A stretch of 39,017 nt of DNA, taken from positions 1 to 39,017 of the forward strand of contig UYFQ01000619.1 of NCBI GenBank assembly GCA_900617105.1, in the 5' to 3' direction. The position numbers and the translations under genes are program-made. Source of the stretch: Hydrurus foetidus (lineage: Eukaryota). Positions 11,301 through 19,869 of this stretch are shown one piece after another. The notes beneath the pieces were generated by a model. It was given only the letters and a program-made list of their open reading frames with translations, was not told the DNA's origin and did not search any database. Within the stretch, counting starts at the first letter, position 1, and the number at the start of each line of letters is the position of its first letter.

Positions 11301-11653
11301 AATACACTATACTGAACTTGATCACTCACAAAACCCGTGATGTTCATGCTAGTCAATTAAAGCCATTTAAATTTGATCCGACTAAAAGATCCCCGACTGA
11401 TACAGCACGTCGTGATTACATGGAATTCTTCATTGAAGACATTCTTTCTCATGTTGGAAATAAGTCTAAACCATCCACAATGAGATTCCATGTTAAGTGG
11501 TTGAATTACGACTCAACTCACAATACGTGGGAACCTTGGCAATCCCTACGCACAACAGATCAATTACATAAATATCTTCGTGATAACAACATGGTTAAAA
11601 CAATACCGAAACAATTTCGAGATAAACCTCCATTTGACATGGAGCACCCGTGA
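8273..11653 (+). CDS. pol: Gypsy pol: RT, RNase H, integrase, chromodomain (no protease motif found)
   Basis: RFCIDYR, MDLTSGYHQ, LPFG, YLDD; TDASDYGIG, TDHKNL; H-H-C-C, IDYVGP, SDRG, VERIN; C-terminal chromodomain FFIEDIL..FHVKWLNY..NTWEP. Confidence 0.95.
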   Translation: MLLQVIPNLLFLRKINLRRGLNTLQSLRLPKLSQSTIVSSRKRLELLYTVKGICPEFDSSEKNKRCPHSGVGTLPVHSSNTDRVANCLDVECACQSSAAGAQTMRDDCNYVSTHSGVACTRTYTLAHISEQPDSTVTATRVETPSGIVISCDEIDNEKADTFSPFVPEQTQSDTLPVKLEEYLSLITFEGTQSQIEDMKRLCRKYSDIFSDKLPAKPAKLPPFEINADKKLWHSPKNRTAVRLQSVRKEREIKRFIDEMLLSGIIEKSDAVYYSHPVIVQKTAELFRFCIDYRLLNKCTEASSWPLPNIRALLERVGHYKPDTFGVMDLTSGYHQAPMDAASKVLTAFICYSGVYQFTRLPFGPRRAPSYFQEMMTTVVLNGLIYTKCEMYLDDCIVFARGHDEFLERLERVFRRFRCFGLFLKAKKCRFGMKQIDYVGRQISSQGISMSKEKIESVLNFPKPKSLTALRSFLGLANYFRNYVPFHSDIVKPLQQMIDPKGKKKSSILWTPEAEKAFVKIREQVARCPLLHFMDEESPVELYTDASDYGIGGVLFQRVNDDLKPISFVSKSLSATQCKWSTIQKESYAIYHCCKQLDSLIRDRKFKIFTDHKNLTFLSQDPSTMVNRWSIALQELDYSIEYIAGSNNHLADAMSRLCPNLTPVPTVPDSVPSDIAEAVVSALHEIIPMSDSQLEKIEMSHNSMVGHGGVLRTIEHIKGLEEQWLDMEHHVKDFIQNCACCQKMSVIKIPVHIHRYTTSTYRPFDTVNIDYVGPLPDNGYVLVMICSFTRWTELYWCSNNTAHSACECLLQFFGRFGAPSMIRSDRGPHFMNEIVKEFLIRTNTPHNLTLAYSKQENAIVERINKEVNRHLRAFTFDSASLESYKLCLPFVQRIINSAVHSSTGASPASLLFGNQLNLNRGILTKFPDNPELPISASKIIANMLLIQQQLNNMAETHLKSADKLHVAVNVTPETIFEIDSYVLALNPKGPETRLHCKWLGPFKVVTFDKSQYTILNLITHKTRDVHASQLKPFKFDPTKRSPTDTARRDYMEFFIEDILSHVGNKSKPSTMRFHVKWLNYDSTHNTWEPWQSLRTTDQLHKYLRDNNMVKTIPKQFRDKPPFDMEHP

Positions 11654-11960
11654 ATTTTATCTATGAAGATTCCTCCTATTTTTTTTAATCAGTTCACAAC
11701 TGATTTTTTTTTTGGAGGTTTAGTCAGTAAGAATCTGACATAATCATTCACGGGTAGCCCACTCTACACCTTCTTTTTGACAAAATTGTTTTTATACTTC
11801 ATGTTTTATTTCAACTGCCCTTCCTTCTGAAGCGCTAGACTAGTTTCACAAAATTTAGTTTTAGGACCCTTCATTTCGAAGCGTTAGTCTAGATGCTCTT
11901 CTTAAAAGCGCTAGACTAGTCAAACATTTGCTAAATCTTTTTTGAAATAAGTAGGGGTAG

Positions 11961-12156
11961 TGTGGTCGTCTGGGGGACCTTGGTCCCAGTTCCGACCTAG
12001 ACTACCCAGATTCCGTAGACCTCTGGGTAGGACTCTGGGTAGGCTTCTAGGTTAGCCACATGCACTAATCCTATACCTTCTCCACTAAGTTTTCATAGTA
12101 AGCTAACCAGCATTCTCCCTCGCACCATCTTTAGCCTAGATTCCTTCTAGGCCACA
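11961..12156 (+). repeat. Gypsy 3' LTR
   Basis: Direct repeat of 6742-6937, preceded by PPT. Confidence 0.97.
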
Positions 12157-14469
12157 GGCCCCCTGGTCTTGATCCTGACTGCTGGCAGTTAATACGTGAT
12201 ACGCAGAATAGTGCAAGGTAGATTAGACATAGTTCATTCGGAGTGAATGGCAGTCTACCGTTGATATGGGCGCGTATTCGCTCCTTCACCATCTGGATGC
12301 GTCGCTCGATTCTCGCCACGTGACCTCCAGCTGCACTGACATCAACCTCGATTCCAAGTGCCATCAGCTCCACCCACATTTTGTCAATAGCCCCTTCCCC
12401 GTCCGACATGATGAGATGTACCAGGAAGTTCCTGGATTTCAGGACCGATATTATCTCATTCAGTGCAGGCTTTACCACTGCCGCTGCACGTGAGGTTTTC
12501 GCACTGTCAAGTCGAATGAGACTCACGGCGAGGGTCATGTCAAGTGGGGTTGATACAGCAATAAGTATTGCAGTGGTCTCCCCATGATATCTACACTCAG
12601 CACTTGTTGCTGTTGGGCTGACGCAGGTGTCAGGGAAATGTCCGCGACGGGCGATGATTTCTTGTGCTTCTTCCCACGCATGCTGGCGAGACACTTCCCC
12701 CAGATAGTATGGGCGTTCCTGAAATCGGCCTCCGACATTCTGAAGTTGTTCCCACCGCGAATCATCGCGATCGCCACCTCGACTGGCGGGTATCCCATAC
12801 GCGCTATCAGCTCCCTGGCTGCTGCTGCTGACGCTATCTCGCGTTTCGTGAACCTCATCATATTCTCTCTGACGGTGGCGACTAGCGCTTGCTCGACGGT
12901 GTTGCAATGCGGCTCGAGTTCTGCCATGCCGCTCGCATCGCACACGTAGAATCGTCCAGTTGATCCTGGCAGATCCTGCCTGCTGAAGCGGTATGTCGTC
13001 CTGCTGCCCGCTGGTTGGAGGACGAAGCACCCCGACGCATGGTGGTATTGGATGTTGGCTCCACTGTCAACTATCGCTGCAAACGATAAGATGTTGGCAG
13101 TTGCTCCTCTGCTGTAATAGACAGGGCCGATCTCGCCGAAGTCACCCTCTTCATCTACTCTAACTCCCTCAGCTCCGAGCTGGACTCCGTTAAGGAGGAT
13201 CGAATGCTGCGATTTCCTGATGCCTGTCAGGAGGCTCGGATTGCAGAAGATGTTGACGGACGCCTGGTCGTCCAGCAACACATGACTCCTCGTGAACAGT
13301 GCCACTTCGTTCGTCCTAACGAAGACCGCTTCGACGCTCTCGTCATCCTCGTCGATCTCGTCTTCTGCGCCTGTGAGCATAGCGTGTTCCCCGACCTTGC
13401 GTTCATCGCAGTCTTTCGCGTAGTGGCCAGTCTTTCCACATACGAAACATGTCACCGTCGAGGCTTTCTTCCTTGCGACAGGAGTCTTGCCTTTCGCGCC
13501 TTTTCCTGCGACTTTTTCCTTTGTTCCAGCCGGGGTGTCGGTCAGGAACGTGGAATGTTGCTCGGCGCCAAGGGGGACTCCGCCGCCGGCGTTCGTCCAA
13601 GATGACGCAACCCTGTATGCTCCGGCTAAGGTGGAAGGGTAGATGTTTGCTATGTTTTGTACGGCGCTGTTACGCATATATGTCAACATACCGGTATACC
13701 TTTTCGGGTCTAGCTTACTGAGGAAGTCGATGGCTCTCATCGGTTCTTCCACCTCAGCCATGCCTACACCCTTGTTGGTTAATACCTGATTGTCGAATCT
13801 CGTTTTGAAATCTCCGATTACCTCACGCTCACCCTGACTGAGGTAGTTATACCTCAGTGTCTGTTCGTGGACGTTCACTGCTCTCATTGAGTCGTCTTCT
13901 CCGTAGATATGCGTCAGGTGGCTCCTTCGGATGAACTCCCACAGTTGCACACTGTCCAATCTGAGGCGGCATGCCTCAAATCCTGGCTCCTCTCGAGCCT
14001 TGGATTTGGACCCAGCCGACATCCTTGACCACATTAGTGGAAAAAGCTTTTGTTCGTCGACTCTCTGGGTCTCCATTGCCTTGCAGCGTCCTTCGAACGC
14101 ATTGGCTCTCAATTTGTCGATGAGTGCCTCTGAGAACACGACAGGAGCCTGCTCGGGGAGCTGTGGCCCGATCTCGACATTTTCGAGTTCTATGGACCCG
14201 TCTTCGTCTTCCATCCCGTCTTCGTTTTCGATACCCGCTGTCGGAGCATCGGTCTCCACCGTCTGAAAGGTGGGGTTGTAATCCTCCTCACGAGGGTACG
14301 ATTGGACGTAGCTCTTGTTGGTGCTGAAGAACATGCCGGTCATACCGTACAGGCCGCATGCCTCGTTCTGCATTTCTTCCTTCCATTGCACAACGTTGTT
14401 GTGGCGTCCGATCTTCAGCATGCACTGCTCCGCACCTGATTTTGGTTCTTCTTGTTTCTTTGGCGGCAT
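12157..14469 (-). pseudogene. Copia B gag-protease-integrase polyprotein, frameshifted near 12580 and interrupted by Gypsy
   Basis: ORF 14469-12535 plus the integrase frame from ~12580 (ETTAILIAVSTPL...); protease catalytic motif degenerate. Confidence 0.85.
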
Positions 14470-14494
14470 CTCGATGCGCTGATTAGTTTAATTC

Positions 14495-14811
14495 TGTTGG
14501 GGATTCTCTGGATCCGGATGCTTTGCACTCGTGGCGACCGGTGACCCAAGGCCCGTAAAATAGACTTGTGTTGCGTAATTACTTGAGAATTAAACTTGTG
14601 CACCGGCATCAATCAAGACGGCAACGAAGCTTTACATTTCAAGGCAATTGCACATGGTCATCCGTGTTGAAGACAGATGAATGGGTGGCTACACTAGCCC
14701 ACACATCCAACGGTCCGCGGTCCTCACCACTGGGGTGCCCACCGCTGACCGTCGGGGTCCATGCATACACTATACAACTACAGCAGTGTCTTTTCTCCGG
14801 ATATTCCAACA
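14495..14811 (-). repeat. 5' LTR of Copia B (317 bp)
   Basis: 6-bp terminal inverted repeat TGTTGG..CCAACA; ends 25 nt before the gag ATG. The second LTR is not in the window. Confidence 0.7.
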
Positions 14812-14860
14812 GTGCGTATTACGTTTTATTTTACCAAAAAAGGTGTCGGAGACGGTATTT

Positions 14861-15813
14861 TCCACAGCTAGGACGAAAGAACGATGAACGAAACATGAAC
14901 GAACGAAAAAATATATATATATCGTTCACGAACGAAAAGTCCGTTCATGAAGGAAAACTCTAAGTCCTACTGCTATCGTTTGAACATTGTTGTTTACCTT
15001 TCGTTCGTTCATGTTCAAATATTTCGTTCAATGTTCGTTCGTTTAATGCACATTTTCCGGTAAAAAAAGATTATTTTAACAAAGATATAAGTTATTTAAT
15101 GAGCTACTCTATGGGAAGAAAATCAGGCCAGTTGAACTTATTGAAAAAAAAATGATAGGCCATGCTTTCATAGTTTTTTTGCCAGCGATCTGAGTTCCTG
15201 TCGAAAATGTGATTGCAGCGATAATTTTTTATTTTTATTTTTTTTCGACAAGCATTTTCGGGAGCAAAAAGCATGAGTATTTGTTCACGTTTACGATAAT
15301 TGATGTGATTGGGGATTGTTGTCGCAGAGAAGTACTTAAAAATGGATTGCATATGGAATTTTCTGTTCTGCATATGTAGATATATGAGAGAATGTAGGTA
15401 CGTATGCATCGATACGGTCTCTAAATATATGCGCATATGCCTATGGCACTACTCACGATGAAGACGAAGGAAAGTTAAATGGAAGTTGAACGAATCATCA
15501 ATGAGATATCAACAAAACTTGAACGAAATGAACGAAACATGAACGAAATAAACGAAACATGAACGAATGACGAACGGATTTTTTCACTGTCCGTTCGCGA
15601 ACGTCATTTTGAAACACTGCTCCTATCGTTCATCGTTCACGAACGAATTCGTTCATGTGTCGTTCATGTTTGATTCGTTCATGAACGATATTTACTTATT
15701 TCATTTATATCCTTCATCCTTTCGCGAACGAACGAAAACCCCGCTTTTTTTCGTTCATGTTCAATGTTCGTTCATCTTCTGACGAACGAATGTTCATTCG
15801 TCCTAGCTGTGGA
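14861..15813. mobile_element. Non-autonomous TIR element (MITE-like, ~950 bp)
   Basis: TIR TCCACAGCTAGGACGAA(A/T)GAAC at both ends; candidate 4-bp TSD ATTT (14857-14860, 15814-15817); many subterminal ATGAACGAA/GTTC motifs; no convincing ORF. Confidence 0.8.
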
Positions 15814-16148
15814 ATTTTCGTATTTTCCCGAAACTCTGCATTCGGAAATGCAGAGTTTCAAAAGACCGTTTCTGCCGAACGGACTCTAAATGAAGCACCT
15901 GCTGTCTTAGGCTCAGGCGAATCCTACCTACCATTTTTTCAAATCCTGCCTGAGATATCTGTCAGCGACGGTACGGGTAGGGGGGTGTGGGGGGAACGGG
16001 AAGGGTTCCCCCCAAGGGGGGTAGAAGGGGGGACGTGTCCCCCCTTTTAAAAAACGCTTTTTAAGGCTCTTCTAACGGTGTTCTATGACGATTCTGAGAG
16101 GCAAAACTGATTTAATTATCGCGAGAAATATACAGTGAGAAAGGCATT

Positions 16149-16716
16149 TTATTTGTTATACTGCAACATCACAGAACCTTCAGTATAATCTTCCAAAGAT
16201 TGCCTCATCTGACCAATTGTGAATGAATTCTTCAACATAGAAAACACCCTTTCAGCTGATGCTGGAGACGGTGTCATTGTCATGCAGTATCGAGTAAAGT
16301 TAGCTAAGTTAGGTAGTAGCTCGTGGTAAAGGCTCCAAAAATTAGTACATCTTTCCATTTGGGTAGCGAAAATATTCTCTGATGGTAATACTTCAAATTC
16401 GTTCACCAACCGCTTATATAAATACCACTCCCCTCCCATCTCTTCCACGTCAGAGACAGTGAAAAAGTTTAATACTTCAGCTGCTCTCTTGAATTGAAGC
16501 AAAGTATCAGGCCTCCCTATAGATTGTCTCATTGTCACTGGGTTGCATATCTGCATGTCTTATACAACTCAATATCTGAGGCCAACTTGCCCATGATAGT
16601 GCCATGGTAGTAATCGATAGCACCTTTCAAAATTGTCTTTGCCTGCACTTCAAGATCCTTAAAAAGTGCATCCCCTGTAAGCTCCTCAAATGTCTCGCAT
16701 CCGTTCAAAAGCGTAC
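16149..16716 (-). pseudogene. hAT transposase C-terminal remnant (dimerisation domain), frameshifted near 16545
   Basis: FW..Y.ELLPNL..F......PSPASAERVFS..K matches the hAT dimerisation motif; truncated at the foldback element. Confidence 0.8.
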
Positions 16717-16901
16717 TTACTACTCTTATCCTACGAATCGCTACTGTGCTCGTCACGCAGAGACAGCTCTCCAATCGTGACACATGGGCGGACGACTTCG
16801 AGAAGACATAGAAATAGAGAAGCAGCAGACAGCAGTGTCACGATTGGAGGGCTGTCAATGCATGACGAGCACAGTAGCGATTCGTAGGGTAAGAGTAGTA
16901 A
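16717..16901. mobile_element. Small foldback/Stowaway-like MITE
   Basis: ~67-bp inverted arms 16717-16783 and 16835-16901 with few mismatches; TA dinucleotides at the termini. Confidence 0.7.
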
Positions 16902-16995
16902 CGGGCGTCATCGACTGGTGCGCTTTTTCGTGGAGTTAGGCTGACTCCTGTACTGATATCGGGACGATTACTTCCAGTAACAATCGCATCTCATC

Positions 16996-18238
16996 ATGCA
17001 GCATGGATCAAAGAGGGCACCACCAATTGTTAGTCTGAACAAAAAGATGTATTTTAAGAGAGAAGCTGACGGAGATGCAATCAGTAACTTAATTTGCCTC
17101 GCGAAGGAAACAGAGACCAAGCGAGATGAGGAATCGTTGAAGAAAAAGGAAAGGAAGGAGAAGCGGAAAAGAATAGCAGAGGGCGATCTGCCATCTGATG
17201 CGGACATTTATCCTTACAGCGTAGCTGATGACGATCATTGTGAAACGCCTGTTGAAGCCTACAGTGATATTTCATTTTTACTGCATCAAGTGGCAGAGAG
17301 TGTTGGTAAGAGCAATGAATCCTTGAAGATTTTCGATCCATATCATTGTGAAGGCTCTGTGATTGCAAGGCTCGGATCCATTGGATTCAAAAATGTCTAC
17401 AACGAAAAAGAAGACTTCTACGCTTCTATTCTCAATGAGGAGATTCCCGAATACGATGTCCTGGTTACAAATCCTCCCTACAGCGGTGATCACATGAGGA
17501 AGTTATTGAAATTCTGTGCAGAAACAAAGAAACCGTGGCTTCTTTTGCTTCCGAATTATGTCTACACTAAGGACTACTACACCCCGACTTTGCTCGGTCA
17601 GAAGCCCTTTTACGTTGCACCAAAAAAGCGATACCTATACTCTACCCCAAAGGTAGGTACTGTGCTGAATATTAAGAGTGAAGCGTTGTTGCTACTATAA
17701 TTTGTAACGTCTCAAACAAATTGGTGGGACTTTTCAACGTAATGACAAGCATTTTTATTCCTCAGGGACGGAGGCAGGAAAAAAGCGCCAAATACACTGC
17801 TCCATTCCCAACCTTTTGGTACTGCAATCTTCAGAGGTATTGTATCGCTGATAATCATTCCCAACTGTCAAGAGGCGCTTCGTAAACATCGCAGTATGTA
17901 ACTTCTAAGTAAATTAATTGCAGTCTTCAAGAAAGTGCATTAGCGGGAGCTTTGGTTGGCGCCAAAAAAAAAGGGGACAATCGAGGGGTCTTGGTTTGCC
18001 GGGACACCTCTTACCTACCTTTGGACGTGAGTGGCGAAACTTTTATCATGGGTGATGCATTTCTTTGCTGCTTTCATCGTGCAGTGGTTACCGTAACGCG
18101 TTCATTACTGCTGTTCTTTATCTCGAAATCCAGATACTGCCAGAGGAGGATTCCCGAAAGAAGAGGGAGAAGAATGCGAAGAAGAGAGATAAGCACAAGG
18201 CGCGAAAGAAAGCCAAAATTCCAGGAGAGGGAAGTTAG
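16996..18238 (+). CDS. Putative N6-adenine methyltransferase (NPPY), 4 exons: 16996-17652, 17766-17836, 17924-18026, 18134-18238
   Basis: Motifs DDHCETP, IFDPYHCEG, DVLVTNPPYS; in-phase GT-AG introns; lysine/arginine-rich termini suggest nuclear localisation. Confidence 0.8.
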
Positions 18239-18523
18239 AAGGCATAATTGGCTGTAGACTGAATACAATGCAAACTTGTTTGCACGTATCATCGACAACC
18301 CAAGTTCGGAGGATTTCTGAAAGATGTTAAGTTCAAAAGAGTGACCATTTAATTTTAATTGGCAAATTTTCATCATGCTACATCAAAAGCGGAAAAATTG
18401 TAGTTCGTCAGTCATTGCCTTCCGCAGCATTACTGGTACTCCGAAGTTAAATGAGGCCGCGAGACGAACGGTGTGGTGTATTTTACATATTGTGGCGCTT
18501 TTTCTACCGCGAAACTTAGAGAC

Positions 18524-19215
18524 TTACTGTATTTTCTTCCAAGAGTTGCCATCAGGCCACTGGCGTTTAATGATAATAGTAGTCGTCGTTAGCTCATTTG
18601 TTACTGCAATTGGGTCTTGAATGCAAATCGCAATAAGAAGTTAGATCACCTTAATGGCATTAGCAGTCTCGTCGAAAACGCCGAGCAAATTTGGTGGGCC
18701 GCCTTTGGGACTGAAATCAACGAAAATTGTGCCTGGGAAATCTTCCTTCGCCATTATTATAAAGGGTTTGGAGCCGTCAAGGTTGTCGGAGCCTTGGAGT
18801 GTGACAATCTTTCCTTTGTTCGTGATTTTCCTCTTTTATATGATATGGAGGAAAAAATCCAGTGGAACGAATTGAGACAAATCAGATCAGCTGTAGGTGT
18901 CGGTGGTATGTGATGGAGTTTGTGTGAGTGCAGAAAGTAGGTTCAGGGAAAACTCACGAGGCATCCAGGATGGTTGGGGTCGTTGTATAGCCCGTCAAAT
19001 ATCGAATTGGTTTCAGCTGCGGAGGCGAAAGAATTTGGGCTGAAGGAAAATATTTGATCCGGTAGCCCTGTTAGGCCCACAGCAACGATGGCTGCAGCGG
19101 CTATTCTTTTCGTTGTCAGGCTCATTACTTTGGCATTGAAGTTAAATGATGATATCAGACCGATACTGATCAAAACTAGGATGCAGACGAAGAAGAGGCT
19201 CTTGCCGCCGAACAT
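18524..19215 (-). CDS. Conserved algal hypothetical protein with bipartite plastid and probable thylakoid targeting; 3 exons
   Basis: Signal peptide ..GLISS|FNF, second hydrophobic signal ending ASA, then YNDPNHPGC | intron | ..VDFSPKGGP..AIK | intron | WPDGNSWKKIQ*. Confidence 0.75.
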
Positions 19216-19493
19216 TCTCGACAAAAGTTTGGAGTCGGAAAGGTGAAGAGTGTGTTGTTGAGGATGTTGGCGGGAAGGGAACGAAGGAAGAGTCATCGAG
19301 AACGAGAACGATGCGCTACTGTACAGTCATCGGAGTCTTGCGAAGCACACACGCACTAAAAGCTACAGTAAAAGCTAAAAGCTAAAAGCGCCAAGAAGTT
19401 GTTGCCCCACAACACCACACAACCCACAACCGACATCCCACAACCCACAACACCTTCCGTATAGAACCGGGAACCTACAACCTACAACCTACT

Positions 19494-19581
19494 TGGGATC
19501 TGGGATCTGGGATCTGGGATCTGGGATCTGGGATCTGGGATCTGGGATCTGGGATCTGGGATCTGGGATCTGGGATCTGGG
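19494..19581. repeat. Heptamer tandem repeat (TGGGATC)n, ~12 copies
   Basis: Directly visible; a few units carry an extra G. Nearby short (AAAAGCT)n and CACAAC repeats. Confidence 0.9.
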
Positions 19582-19869
19582 AATCCCATTCAAAAATTTC
19601 AACAGCAAACAGCGGAGGGCTGTCCGGCTGTGTCATCAGATCTGAATGTACAGTACCAGCGGTAGACAAAACTTGACCCATGGTCAGAACCTGACCCACA
19701 GAATCTTCAAATCGATCCGTTGATGGAACAATGTTTTCAAATGATTTGGTCTCCTTTTTGAATAATGCTTGTACTTCTCTTCATATCGTTGTGTCTTACA
19801 ACTTAACAATCGAAGTTGCAACTAGTGCTTTTGGGTCATTTCTGTCTCGTTTCTCTTTTGGGCTCTAAA

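Larger units (their letters stand above)
6742..12156 (+). mobile_element. Ty3/Gypsy chromovirus-type LTR retrotransposon, recent insertion
   Basis: 196-bp LTRs TG..CA differing at 1 position; 4-bp TSD GGCC (6738-6741, 12157-12160); PPT AATAAGTAGGGGTAG (11946-11960); RT-RNaseH-integrase-chromodomain order. Confidence 0.97.
12157..14811 (-). mobile_element. Ty1/Copia element B, 5' part (same lineage as Copia C; CoDi-like by inference)
   Basis: LTR, then gag with CCHC knuckle CFVCGKTGHYAKDC, protease-like LLDDQAS, integrase VDIM/SDGEG/RIERRI; continues at 6643-6741. Confidence 0.92.

Noticed and set aside
12584..14327. Several plus-strand ORFs over Copia B, and similar short ORFs over other TE genes
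   Set aside because: Shadow ORFs of GC-rich coding sequence without motifs.
14545..14573. Alternative Copia B LTR end at 14569 with half-tRNA-like PBS TTACGGGCC
   Set aside because: Shorter terminal repeat (5 bp versus 6 bp), motif ~10 nt from the end and mismatched to GGTTATGGGCCC. The 14495 boundary fits better, but this alternative is not fully excluded.
14880..15800. GAAC/GTTC repeats as a CRISPR array
   Set aside because: Eukaryotic context, irregular short motifs in both orientations, no repeat-spacer periodicity.
18375..18913. Plus-strand ORFs 18375-18620, 18617-18913, 18654-18875
   Set aside because: Antisense shadows of the minus-strand plastid protein exons.
19494..19581. (TGGGATC)n as telomeric repeat or coding (ORF 19475-19699)
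   Set aside because: Does not match TTAGGG/TTTAGGG types; internal and short; the ORF is a repeat artefact.
19317..19655. Possible small element bounded by TACTGTACA..TGTACAGTA
   Set aside because: Only ~12-bp imperfect repeat of a common motif; insufficient support.
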